From contig JBIQKJ010000016.1 in NCBI GenBank assembly GCA_044506615.1, positions 2,704 through 66,703 on the forward strand: 64,000 bases of DNA. Reading direction: 5' to 3'. The stretch is from Chloroflexota bacterium. Lineage in GTDB: Bacteria > Chloroflexota > Limnocylindria > Limnocylindrales > CSP1-4. Under the pieces are notes generated by a model. The model did not search any database, was not told the DNA's origin, and was given only the letters and a program-made list of their open reading frames with translations. The position numbers and the translations under genes are program-made. Within the stretch, counting starts at the first letter, position 1. Each line of letters starts with the position of its first letter. This document shows, in pieces, positions 7,596 through 16,487 of the stretch.

Positions 7596-9440
7596 TCACA
7601 CGACACCGGTGTCGTGGACCACCTTCCCGCCAACGACCGTCAACACGGGCAGCGTCCGGCGGGCATCCGCGTCGGCGACGTCGAAGTAGTCCCGGTCGAG
7701 GACGATCAGGTCCCCGAGCTTCCCGGGCTCGAGCGTCCCGAGCACGTCCTCGCGGTTGAGGTACCAGGCGGCTTCGCGCGTGTACATGCGGACCGCTTCC
7801 TCGCGCGAGATCTGCTGGTCGGGGTTGATCTGCTGGCCGAAGACGTTCAGCCCGGTCGTGGCGTAGTGCATCGCGAACCAGGCGTTGTGCGGCGCAATGT
7901 GGACGCCGTCCTGGTGCAGCGCCGCGTGGATCCCGCTCGACAGGATCTGCGGGAAGAGCGGGCCCACCGGTGCGCCGGTCGGGCTCGGGTTGCCGCTCAG
8001 CCACCGGAAGCCCGACGTCGAGACGCCGACGTTGAGCTCCTTGAGCCGGGCGAGCTGCTCCTCGGTCGCAAGGTCCGCGTGCTGCAGACCCCAACGCAGA
8101 TCCGTGATGCCGAACTCGTCGTCCATCGCCTCGTAGGTCTCGACGACCTGCTGGATGTTGGCGACGCTCGTCTGCGCATTCTCGTTGCGCCAGCCCGCCT
8201 GGGCGACCAGCCGCTGCGCCTCGTACCAGACCGCGTACCCGTTCGCGTTGCTCGGCGGGGCGAACGGCGCCGCCCACTCGCCGATCCCGCCCGTGCGCAC
8301 GTAGTCGTCGCCGAAGAAGGGGAACTGGTTCTTGAGCCGTTCGCGCAGCTCGGGCAGCTGGTCATCGAGGTCCGGCCCGAACGCCGCGATGAAGCCCTGG
8401 TTGTGGAGGAAGTTGATCTGGAGCCGGACGAACGCTTCACCCGCGCGGTGGACGGCGAGCCAGCCGTCGTACATCCGGTAGTGGTCGAGGTTGGCGAGGA
8501 AGTGGTTCGGCTGCGGGTCGCGCGGGCCGTTGGCGACCGCGACGAGCGTCTGGTCGAGCAGCGTCGTGATGCCCAGCCTCGCGGTGAACGCCATCGCGTC
8601 GAGCGCGCTGCGCTGCTTGTCCTCGAACGTCTGGCGGATCCGCAGGTGGTAGAGGGCCGCGAGGGCATTCGCGCCGGTGATCGCGCCGTCGGCGCCGACC
8701 GCGACCGAGGGCCCGCTCACGGACTCCATGAACTGCTTGCCCAGCGTGTTGACCCGCGCCGGGCCGTTGAACTGCTGGAAGAGCATGACCGGCCGGTCCG
8801 ACACCGCCTCATCGAGCTCCGCGAGGGTCGGCAGGCGCTGCTCGGCCCACTGGCGCGGGTGCCATCCGCCCATCGCGGTAATGAACGCGCCCTCGGGGAC
8901 GTCGCCCCTGGCCCGCCGGGCCGCCAGCATCGCCTGGACCTCCGCGATGCTCGCGGCGAGCTCGAGATCCGCGACGTGGTACCCGGGCCGGTTCGCGAGG
9001 CTCACGAAGTGGGTGTGACTCTCGATCAGCCCGGGGAGCACGGTACGGCCCTTGAGGTTGATGACCTTGGTTCCCGGCCCCGGATTTGCAGCGCTGCTGC
9101 CGACCGACACGATGCGGCCGTTCCGGATCGTGACCGTCTTCTCGACCCTGCCCGAGCCGTCCATGGTGTGGATGCGACCGTTGATCAGGACGAGGTCCGT
9201 GCCGTCGTCGGCAGGCGCGGCGCCTGGAACGATCTCTGCGCCGCGCTGGGAGGGCCGGGATGCCGGCGCGGCAGCCGCCGCCCCCGGAATTGCGGCGAGT
9301 GCGGCGGCGACGCCGGCGGCGCCGGCGCCCTTCAACACCGCTCGACGCGAGACGCCTCCGACGCGCGGGAGGGAGCCGTCCGTCGGGGCTTGCTCGGCGG
9401 GCGCAGTGGGATCGACTGGACGACGTCGCAGATCGGCCAT
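7596..9440 (-). CDS. Secreted metal-dependent amidohydrolase (Amidohydro_3 / AepA-NfdA-like), Tat signal; paralog 1
   Basis: ATG 9440 with GGAGGA upstream. Twin-arginine signal VSRRAVLKGAGAAGVAAALAAIPGAAAAAP. VLPGLIESHTHF metal-binding motif. C-terminal GKLGDLIVLDRDYF...VVGGKVVHD. Confidence 0.85.
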   Translation of the reverse strand: MADLRRRPVDPTAPAEQAPTDGSLPRVGGVSRRAVLKGAGAAGVAAALAAIPGAAAAAPASRPSQRGAEIVPGAAPADDGTDLVLINGRIHTMDGSGRVEKTVTIRNGRIVSVGSSAANPGPGTKVINLKGRTVLPGLIESHTHFVSLANRPGYHVADLELAASIAEVQAMLAARRARGDVPEGAFITAMGGWHPRQWAEQRLPTLAELDEAVSDRPVMLFQQFNGPARVNTLGKQFMESVSGPSVAVGADGAITGANALAALYHLRIRQTFEDKQRSALDAMAFTARLGITTLLDQTLVAVANGPRDPQPNHFLANLDHYRMYDGWLAVHRAGEAFVRLQINFLHNQGFIAAFGPDLDDQLPELRERLKNQFPFFGDDYVRTGGIGEWAAPFAPPSNANGYAVWYEAQRLVAQAGWRNENAQTSVANIQQVVETYEAMDDEFGITDLRWGLQHADLATEEQLARLKELNVGVSTSGFRWLSGNPSPTGAPVGPLFPQILSSGIHAALHQDGVHIAPHNAWFAMHYATTGLNVFGQQINPDQQISREEAVRMYTREAAWYLNREDVLGTLEPGKLGDLIVLDRDYFDVADADARRTLPVLTVVGGKVVHDTGVV

Positions 9441-9507
9441 GGGACGCTGATCCTCCACCTCGCCCCGCCACCCCGAGCGACGCACCCGGTTGCAGCGGGA
9501 TTGCGCA

Positions 9508-9537
9508 AGTGTAGCGATGCTGAACGCGCCGATTCAA
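9508..9537 (-). promoter_or_regulatory. Sigma-70-like promoter TTGAAT-N18-TACACT for amidohydrolase paralog 1
   Basis: Minus strand: TTGAAT at 9537-9532, TACACT at 9513-9508, 18-nt spacer. Sits in a lower-GC block duplicated at 16403-16432. Confidence 0.6.
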
Positions 9538-9605
9538 TACCGCTGTTGGGGCTGCCGCCCGTTGCGCACGCGTCGCGCCCTCTGCGGCCCGAGCGCGCAG
9601 TGTCG

Positions 9606-10310
9606 TTACAGGCCGAGCACCGTCCGTCGCAGCTCCGGGTCGGCGCGCAGCTCGGCCGCCGGCCCCTCGAGCTCTACCCGGCCCTCGATCAGCAGATAGG
9701 CCCGCGAGGACAACTCGAGCGCCCGGTCGACGTTCTGCTCGACGAGCAGCACCGACACGCCCGCTCGGTGGATCGCCCCGATCACGTCGAACAGCTCATC
9801 CACGATCACCGGCGCGAGGCCGAGCGACGGCTCGTCGAGGAGGAGCAGGCGGGGCTGCGCCATGAGCGCGCGCCCGATCGCCACCATCTGCTGCTCGCCG
9901 CCGCTCAGCGAGCCGGCCAGCTGGGCGGACCGCTCCTTGAGCCGCGGGAACAGCTCGTGCACCCACGCGAGCCGGGTCGCACGCTCGGTCCGTGCAGCGC
10001 CGCGGTACGCCCCGAGCTCGAGGTTGTCGAGGACCGACATCCGGGGGAAGAGTCGCCGACCCTCGGGGACGATCGCGATCCCCTGGTCGCAGAAACGGTG
10101 GCCGGCGACGCCGTCGAGCGGGCGCCCGTGCATTGCGAGGGTTCCGCGTCTGGAGCGATGAAGGCCGGCGATGACGTTGACGAGCGTGGACTTGCCCGCG
10201 CCGTTCGGCCCGACGACCGAGACGATCTCGCCGTCGGCCACCCGCAGGTTGACGCCGTGCAGGGCGGGGGCGTCCCCGTAGAAGGCGTCGAGTCCGGCGA
10301 TCTCAAGCAT
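9606..10310 (-). CDS. livF: Branched-chain amino acid (HAAT) ABC transporter ATP-binding protein
   Basis: MLEIAGLDAFYGDAPALHGVNLRVADGEIVSVVGPNGAGKSTLVNVIAG, LSGGEQQMVAIGRALM, LLLLDEPSLGLAP. ATG 10310 overlaps the end of the upstream gene by 8 nt. Confidence 0.9.
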   Translation of the reverse strand: MLEIAGLDAFYGDAPALHGVNLRVADGEIVSVVGPNGAGKSTLVNVIAGLHRSRRGTLAMHGRPLDGVAGHRFCDQGIAIVPEGRRLFPRMSVLDNLELGAYRGAARTERATRLAWVHELFPRLKERSAQLAGSLSGGEQQMVAIGRALMAQPRLLLLDEPSLGLAPVIVDELFDVIGAIHRAGVSVLLVEQNVDRALELSSRAYLLIEGRVELEGPAAELRADPELRRTVLGL

Positions 10311-12240
10311 GGGCATGCCGTCCCAGGTAGGCACGGACGACCTCGGGATCGCCCATCACGGCGGCCGGCGTTCCGGCCGCGAGCATGCGGCCCTGTTCCA
10401 GCACCACGACGCGCGTCGCGAGCTGGTTCACGACGCGCAGGAGGTGCTCGACGATCACGATCGTCACCCCCGTGGCGTGGATGCGCCGGACGACCGCGAC
10501 GGCCTGGTCGATCTCGGCCGGGTTGAGCCCCGCGAGCGCCTCGTCCAGGAGCAGGACCCGGGGGCGTGTCGCGAGCGCGCGTGCGATCTCGAGCAGCTGC
10601 CGCTCGTGCAGGTTGATCGACGCCGGTCGGCTGTCGGCGCGCCGGTCGAGTCCGACGAAGCGCAGGTGCTCGTCGGCCTCTTCTCGGGCTCGTGCCAGGC
10701 GTGCCGCCTCCCTCCCGAACATGATCGCCATGGCGACGTTGTCACGCACGTTCATCGACTCGAACGGTCGAGGGATCTGGTAGGTCCGGGCGATGCCGAG
10801 GTGCGCGACGGAATGCGGCGGCAGGCTGCCGGTCGGTTGACCCGCGATCCTGATGGTGCCGTGCGTAGGCTGGAGGCGGCCGGCGAGCAGCCCGATCAGG
10901 GTGCTCTTGCCCGACCCGTTGGGTCCGACGAGCCCGACGAGCTCACCCTCGTTCACGGTCAGTGAGACCCCGTCGAGCGCGTGGACACCGCCGTAGTGCT
11001 TCGCGACGTCCTCGACCTCGATCACCGGGATGGCCTCGGGAACCGTCGAGGGCGCCGCGGCCGGCGATGCCGCAGCGTCCACCAGCGGGACGACCGGTTC
11101 GGGGACCGGCGGGACCGCCTCGGGCGGCAGGGGCTCGGACGCCGGCGCAGGGCGGAGGGTCCGCCGGGGAAGCGGTACGAACGCGACGACCCACGCCGCG
11201 ACCATCCCGATCGCCAGCCAGTCGATGAGCCCGTCGCCGTAGTCGATCAGCCCGAGCAGGACGATCGGCGCGACCAGGGCGACCGCGACCGCGGCCCCGC
11301 GTCGTCGGAGCCTGGCGACCAGCCCGTCCGGCGCGATGACGACGAGCGCGATGAGGATCGCGCCGAGGATCACGAGGCTCCAGCCCTCGAAGCCGGACGA
11401 CGCGAGCCGGTCCTGGAGCGTGACGATGACGAAGGCGCCGAGCGGCGGCCCGAGCCAGGTGGTGCGCCCGCCGAGGACGCTCATGATGATCACGAAGAGC
11501 GGGATCGTGAGCCCGAACACGGACTCGACCGTCACGAACCCGATCTGGAGCGCGAAGACACTGCCGGCCAGCCCGCCGAGCAGCCCGCTCACCCCGATCG
11601 CCAGCATCTTGTAGCGGAACGTCGGGACGCCCAGTCCCTCGGCCACGTCCTCCGCGTCGCGGATCGCGAACAGCGCCCACCCGACCCTGGAGTGCTGCAT
11701 GGCCCACGCAGCGAGGATCGCGACGAAGGCGATCGTCAGGCTGAGCAGGTAGAGCATCTCCTGGAAGCCGCCGAACAGGTCGGCCTCGTCGGGCGTCGGC
11801 ACGATGATCCCCTGGCCGCCGTCGATCGCGGGGTTGATCCGCGCGATCGAGCCGAGGATGAATGGGACCGCGAGCGTCAACAGCGCGAAGATCTCGCCGC
11901 GCAGCGAGCGGAGCCGGAACGCGAGTGCGCCGACCCCGAGCGCGAGCAGCGTGGACAGCGCCGCCGATACCGGCAGCGTCGCGAAGAACCCCCACTCCTG
12001 GCGGCCGACGAGGACCGCGGCCGTGTACGCCCCGATGCCCACGAACGCGGCCTGCCCGAAGCTGAAGTAGCCGCTGAAGCCGGACAGGATGTTCCAGCTC
12101 GTGGCCTGCGCAGCCCAGAACCAGACGGTGGTCAGGAACACCAGGTAGAACACGGGGTAGCCGATGGCGTCGCGGCCGAACGGCAGCAGCGCGAGCAGCC
12201 CCCAGGCGAGCAGGATCGCCACGAGGCCGGCGCGGTTCAT
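10303..12240 (-). CDS. Fused HAAT permease-ATPase (LivM-like membrane domain + LivG-like ABC domain)
   Basis: ATG 12240 in ATGA overlap with livH stop. N-terminal multi-TM LivM-like part (MNRAGLVAILLAWGLL...). Then extra TM segments and a Pro-rich linker. Then LivG-like IEVEDVAKHYGGVHALDGVSLTVNEGELVGLVGPNGSGKSTL...LLLDEALAGLNP. One uninterrupted frame. Confidence 0.85.
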   Translation of the reverse strand: MNRAGLVAILLAWGLLALLPFGRDAIGYPVFYLVFLTTVWFWAAQATSWNILSGFSGYFSFGQAAFVGIGAYTAAVLVGRQEWGFFATLPVSAALSTLLALGVGALAFRLRSLRGEIFALLTLAVPFILGSIARINPAIDGGQGIIVPTPDEADLFGGFQEMLYLLSLTIAFVAILAAWAMQHSRVGWALFAIRDAEDVAEGLGVPTFRYKMLAIGVSGLLGGLAGSVFALQIGFVTVESVFGLTIPLFVIIMSVLGGRTTWLGPPLGAFVIVTLQDRLASSGFEGWSLVILGAILIALVVIAPDGLVARLRRRGAAVAVALVAPIVLLGLIDYGDGLIDWLAIGMVAAWVVAFVPLPRRTLRPAPASEPLPPEAVPPVPEPVVPLVDAAASPAAAPSTVPEAIPVIEVEDVAKHYGGVHALDGVSLTVNEGELVGLVGPNGSGKSTLIGLLAGRLQPTHGTIRIAGQPTGSLPPHSVAHLGIARTYQIPRPFESMNVRDNVAMAIMFGREAARLARAREEADEHLRFVGLDRRADSRPASINLHERQLLEIARALATRPRVLLLDEALAGLNPAEIDQAVAVVRRIHATGVTIVIVEHLLRVVNQLATRVVVLEQGRMLAAGTPAAVMGDPEVVRAYLGRHAHA

Positions 12241-13103
12241 CGGCGGGCCCGCACGAAGACGCCCTCGGGTCGCAGCAGGAGCGCGAGCACGACGGCACTG
12301 AAGATCACGAGGGGCGCGGCTGCGGGCGACGCCACGACGCTGACGACGCCCGACACGGCGCCGACGAGGACGCCGGCCAGCAGGGTGCCGATCGCGTCCC
12401 CGATCCCGCCCAGGATGACGACCGCGAAGACGATGCCGACCCACTCGAACGGGAGGGTCGGGATGATGGCGCCGCTGAGCGAGTAGAGCATGCCTGCCAC
12501 GGCGGCCGTCGCCCCGGCTGCACCGGCGAGGACGATCCCCAGGCGGACGTGGTCGATGCCGAACGCGCCGGCGATCGCCCGGTCCTGGGCAAACGCACGA
12601 AGCGCCCGACCCGGGTACGTCCGGGTGAGCGCGAGGTGCGTCCCGCCGACGATCAGCACGGCCGCGCCGAACGCCAGGAGGGTGGGCAGCGGGAAGCGGA
12701 ACGGCCCGAGCGCGAGCGCGCCGACCGCATACGGGTTGACCGACCGGTCCATCCGCTGAAAATCGGCGCTCCACACGTTGCTCGTCATCTGGACGACGAT
12801 GATCAGGAGCCCGAAGCTCACGATCAGCGAGTTGAACTCGGACAGCTCGAACCGGTCGAAGGCGAGCTGGATGAGGGCGCCGGCCACGAACAGGATCGGC
12901 ACCGTGACGACGAGCGTCAGGAGCGGGTCGATCCCGAGGTCGGTCGCGAGCTGGAACGTGAGGTACGCGCCGAGCAGGATCAGCGCGAAGTGGGCGAGGT
13001 TGATCGTCCGGAGCATCCCCCACGTCAGCGACAGGCCGACCGCCATGACGGCGAACAGCCCACCCGTGAGCGCGCCCGCGATGGCCGCCTGAAGGACGAT
13101 CAT
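12237..13103 (-). CDS. livH: HAAT ABC transporter permease
   Basis: MIVLQAAIAGALTGGLFAVMAVGLSLTWGMLRTINLAHFALILLGAYL is a typical LivH N-terminus. 288 aa polytopic. Confidence 0.9.
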   Translation of the reverse strand: MIVLQAAIAGALTGGLFAVMAVGLSLTWGMLRTINLAHFALILLGAYLTFQLATDLGIDPLLTLVVTVPILFVAGALIQLAFDRFELSEFNSLIVSFGLLIIVVQMTSNVWSADFQRMDRSVNPYAVGALALGPFRFPLPTLLAFGAAVLIVGGTHLALTRTYPGRALRAFAQDRAIAGAFGIDHVRLGIVLAGAAGATAAVAGMLYSLSGAIIPTLPFEWVGIVFAVVILGGIGDAIGTLLAGVLVGAVSGVVSVVASPAAAPLVIFSAVVLALLLRPEGVFVRARR

Positions 13104-13119
13104 TGGATCACGGTACTGC

Positions 13120-13151
13120 GGGGCTCCCGGCCGAGGAAGGCCGGGAGCCCC
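13120..13151 (-). terminator. Intercistronic perfect 13-bp GC hairpin (partial terminator / mRNA stabiliser) between binding-protein and permease genes
   Basis: GGGGCTCCCGGCC gaggaa GGCCGGGAGCCCC read directly. Lies 22 nt after the SBP stop. No U-tract. Confidence 0.5.
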
Positions 13152-13172
13152 GAATCTCGATTGCCTGGTGGG

Positions 13173-14507
13173 TCAGTTGGCCGGTCCCTGGAGCTCGGCG
13201 GCCGCCCGGTCGGTCGGCCACACGGCAACCCAGTCGCCACCCTGGATCTGCTTGAGCAGCTGGTTCGCCGGCCAGAAGTTGTTCGTCCCCGGGTCGAACG
13301 TCAGCTGACCGGTGAACGTGGTGTCTGCGCCGTTCTGATGGAGCGCGTCGCAGATCGCCTCGTGCTCGAGCGTGCCCGCGGCCTCGACGCCCTGGACGAG
13401 GATCTCCCAGGCGCCCCACGAGGCGGTTGCCTGCGTCTCCCACGCCGTGTAGGGCAGGCCCTCGGCGCCGGCCTTCTCCTGGAACTCCTCGACGATCCCG
13501 CGGACCTCGTCGCCGGCCGCCTCGAGGAGGGGCTCGTTTGCTTCGAACAGCGAGACCGACAGCACGCCCTCGGCCGCCTCGCCGACGCCGAGCAGCGGGC
13601 CCGGGGCGGGGAAGAGGCTGAACAGCATCGGCGGTCGGTAGTCAAGCTGCTCCATCGCCTGGATCAGGTTGACGGTGTCGACCCCGATGGCGCTGTTGAA
13701 GACGAAGTCGGGGTTCGCGTCGCGGATCTGGGCGGCGATCGGCGCCCAGTCCGTGGTCGTCGGCGGGTACTGGATCGTGGCGACGACCTCGAGCCCGCGC
13801 TCCTCGGCGATGTTCGCGACGCTCGGATCGTTCGGGTCGTCGGCGACGCCGTTGGCGACGAAGTCGGTCGACCCGTTCTGGTTGACCACGACTGCAACCC
13901 GCTGCGGCGGCTCGGGCAGGCTCTCGAGCGCATCGAAGACGAGGTTCGGGACGTACTCGTTCGGCGCCGGGCCGATCGACCACGACGGGAACTGGCACTC
14001 GTAGCCCATGAGCGGCGCGATGACCGCCGTGTGCTGCGGGAGGACGTAGCCGTAGCGCTCGGCGACGGCCATCGCCGACAGGATGTTCGGCGTCGCGTAC
14101 GGGCCCATGATCAGGTCGACCTCGTCCTGCGAGATCAACCGTTCGTACAGGGCCGTGACGCGAGCCTGGTCGGACTCGTCGTCGAGGACGGTCCACTCGA
14201 CCGGCCGACCGAGCAGGCCGCCGTTGGCATTGAGTCGCTCGACGAACATCTCGCCGACGATCCGGTGGATGACGCCGGTCGCCCCGAACGCACCGGTGAG
14301 CGACAGCGTCGATCCGACGACGATCGGCTCGCCGGAGGGCGCGACCGGGCCTTCCGACGCCGGCGCCTGTGACGCGCCGGTCGTGGCCGGCGGCGCCGGC
14401 TCGCTCGCAGGCGGAGCGGCCGATGGGCTGCCGGTCCCCGAGCCGCATCCGGCGATCACCGCGGTCAGCAGGACCGCTCCGAACCGCCGGCGGAATCCGC
14501 TAGTCAC
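13173..14507 (-). CDS. ABC transporter substrate-binding lipoprotein (Peripla_BP_6 / LivK-like)
   Basis: GTG 14507 after GGAGGAGG. Lipobox LLTAVIAGCGSG. Ser/Pro/Ala-rich linker, then a type I periplasmic-binding fold sequence (PIVVGSTLSLTGAFGATG...). Confidence 0.85.
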   Translation of the reverse strand: MTSGFRRRFGAVLLTAVIAGCGSGTGSPSAAPPASEPAPPATTGASQAPASEGPVAPSGEPIVVGSTLSLTGAFGATGVIHRIVGEMFVERLNANGGLLGRPVEWTVLDDESDQARVTALYERLISQDEVDLIMGPYATPNILSAMAVAERYGYVLPQHTAVIAPLMGYECQFPSWSIGPAPNEYVPNLVFDALESLPEPPQRVAVVVNQNGSTDFVANGVADDPNDPSVANIAEERGLEVVATIQYPPTTTDWAPIAAQIRDANPDFVFNSAIGVDTVNLIQAMEQLDYRPPMLFSLFPAPGPLLGVGEAAEGVLSVSLFEANEPLLEAAGDEVRGIVEEFQEKAGAEGLPYTAWETQATASWGAWEILVQGVEAAGTLEHEAICDALHQNGADTTFTGQLTFDPGTNNFWPANQLLKQIQGGDWVAVWPTDRAAAELQGPAN

Positions 14508-14563
14508 GCAGGCACCTCCTCCGCTTCTGCCGGCCGCGACGACCGTCGCCGCGGCCGAGCCCG

Positions 14564-16333
14564 TCAACCGACGACACCCTCGTCGTGCACGATCCGGCCG
14601 CCGACCACCGTCAGCACCGACCGGATCCCCTTCAGCTGCTCGTCGGTGACCGAGAAGTAGTCCTCGTTGAGGACGACGAGGTCACCGAGCTTGCCGACTT
14701 CGAGCGACCCGAGCCGGTCCTCCTCGCGGAGGAACCAGCCGTTCGCGGCGGTGTACAGGCGCAGGACCTCGGCCCGGCTGATCTGCTGGCCATCGTTGAT
14801 GAGGTCGCCCCGTGCGTTCACGCCGGTCGTTGCGTAGTACATGTGGAGCCACGGGTTCATGGGTGCGATCTGCATGCCGTCCGAGCTCATGCCGGCCGGG
14901 ATGCCGTTGTCGACGATCATCCGGAACGGGGGACCGTCGTTGGTGTCGGTCCCGGCGAGGTACCGCCAGCTCGTCAGCGACAGGCCGCCGCCGAGGGCCT
15001 TGAGCCGGTCGACGTAGTCCTCGGTGATGAACGGCACGTGGGCGACGACCCAGCGCAGATCGTCGATCGGATGGAGGGCGTGCGCTTCCTCGAACGCCCG
15101 GATCTCCGTCTGGAAGTCGGTGCGGCTCAGCGAGTGGACCTCGGCTCGCCAGCCGGCCTCGGCGACCAGCTTGGCTGCATCGAAGAACGTGGGGCCGGTT
15201 CCCTGGGCGATGAACTCGCCGATCCCGCCGGTACGGACCATGTCGTCGCCGAAGAACGGGAACGCGTTCCGGAGCCGCTCGCGCAGCTCGGGCAGGGCCG
15301 GATCGGACTCCATGTGCAGGAAGTTGATGCGCAGCCGCGTCCCGAGCTTCGCCTCGCGGTACAGCTCGAGGAACGGCAGGTGCATCGTGTAGTTGTCTTC
15401 GTGGGCGGCGCCGTCGGCCGGGGTGTCGGTCTTCTGGAAGGCACCTTGGTCGAGGTGGGTTGTGACGCCGAGGCCGGCACCGTAGGCCATCGCCTCGATC
15501 GCGCCGCGCCGTCGTTCGGCCGGCGTGAGCAGCGTGCGCCGGAGGTGGAGGGTCGCGCGTCCCGTCGGCGAGTCCCCGAACCCGGCCGCGATCGAGCCAT
15601 CCGCGCTGACGGTCACGGGCGGGTCAGCCGCCTCGAGCGCGGCCTTGCCGAGGCTGTTCGTTGCGGACGGTCCGGCGAACGACTCGCTGATGTAGACCGG
15701 GTTGTCCGGTACGGCTGCGTCGAGCTCGGCGAGCGTGGGCAGGCGGCGATCGGGTGCGAACTGGTTGCGGTGGAAGCCGCCGATCGTCGTGATCCAGGCA
15801 CCGGCCGGGATCCCGGCGGCGCGAGCAGCGTACGTCTCCTGGATGTCCTCGATCGACGTCGCGTTCTCGAGCGGCGTGTGGTGCCCCGGACGGTTCCCCA
15901 TGAGCACGATGTGGTTGTGATTGTCGATGATGCCCGGGACCACCGTGGCCCCCTTGAGGTTGATGACCTTCGAGCCGGGGCCGGGGCTCGCCGCGTTCCC
16001 GCCGACGTTGACGATCCGCCCGCCGCGGATGGCGATCGACTTGGCGACCGTATCGTCGGCATCCATCGTGTGGATCCGGCCGTTGACGAACACGAGGTCG
16101 GGCTCGAAGTCGCCCGGGGCAGCGCCGGGGACGATCTCGGGGCGACCGCCCTGTGGCCGAGCGGGGGCCGCGGCGGTCACTCCGGGCACGGCCGCGAGGG
16201 CCGCCGCCACGCCGGCTGCCGCGCTGCCCTTCAGCAGGGCCCGCCGGGAGACGTGGGCCCGTGACGGAGCCGCCATGTCGCTCGCGTCATCTCGCTGCGT
16301 GGGACGACCCTGATCATTCGGCTGGTCAGGCAT
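14564..16333 (-). CDS. Secreted metal-dependent amidohydrolase (Amidohydro_3), Tat signal; paralog 2
   Basis: ATG 16333 after GGAGGAGG. Tat signal VSRRALLKGSAAAGVAAALAAVPGVTAAAP. VVPGIIDNHNHI. C-terminal GKLGDLVVLNEDYF...VVGGRIVHD. Colinear with paralog 1. Confidence 0.85.
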   Translation of the reverse strand: MPDQPNDQGRPTQRDDASDMAAPSRAHVSRRALLKGSAAAGVAAALAAVPGVTAAAPARPQGGRPEIVPGAAPGDFEPDLVFVNGRIHTMDADDTVAKSIAIRGGRIVNVGGNAASPGPGSKVINLKGATVVPGIIDNHNHIVLMGNRPGHHTPLENATSIEDIQETYAARAAGIPAGAWITTIGGFHRNQFAPDRRLPTLAELDAAVPDNPVYISESFAGPSATNSLGKAALEAADPPVTVSADGSIAAGFGDSPTGRATLHLRRTLLTPAERRRGAIEAMAYGAGLGVTTHLDQGAFQKTDTPADGAAHEDNYTMHLPFLELYREAKLGTRLRINFLHMESDPALPELRERLRNAFPFFGDDMVRTGGIGEFIAQGTGPTFFDAAKLVAEAGWRAEVHSLSRTDFQTEIRAFEEAHALHPIDDLRWVVAHVPFITEDYVDRLKALGGGLSLTSWRYLAGTDTNDGPPFRMIVDNGIPAGMSSDGMQIAPMNPWLHMYYATTGVNARGDLINDGQQISRAEVLRLYTAANGWFLREEDRLGSLEVGKLGDLVVLNEDYFSVTDEQLKGIRSVLTVVGGRIVHDEGVVG

Positions 16334-16402
16334 GGGACGCGGACCTCCTCCACGACCACCGCGTCCGGGTGTGGGGGCCCCCGGTTGCGGCGGAGTTGTG
16401 CG

Positions 16403-16432
16403 AGTGTAGCGGCTCTGAACGCGCACATTCAA
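16403..16432 (-). promoter_or_regulatory. Sigma-70-like promoter TTGAAT-N18-TACACT for amidohydrolase paralog 2 / transporter operon
   Basis: Same hexamers and the same 18-nt spacing as at 9508-9537. Embedded in the conserved 64-nt block 16381-16444. Confidence 0.6.
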
Positions 16433-16457
16433 TACTGTTGTTGGCAATGAACCGATA

Positions 16458-16487
16458 TTGAAAAGGTCGCGGGAGGCGGCGCATACT
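16458..16487 (+). promoter_or_regulatory. Candidate divergent promoter TTGAAA-N18-CATACT for the plus-strand catabolic operon
   Basis: TTGAAA 16458-16463, CATACT 16482-16487, in the only AT-rich patch of the divergent spacer. About 130-nt leader to GTG 16620. Confidence 0.45.

Noticed and set aside
9550-9605. Terminator between livF and amidohydrolase paralog 1.
   Set aside because: Only short (5-bp) stems and an ACGCGT-centred near-palindrome, with no U-tract. Read-through from the transporter operon cannot be excluded, so no terminator is annotated.
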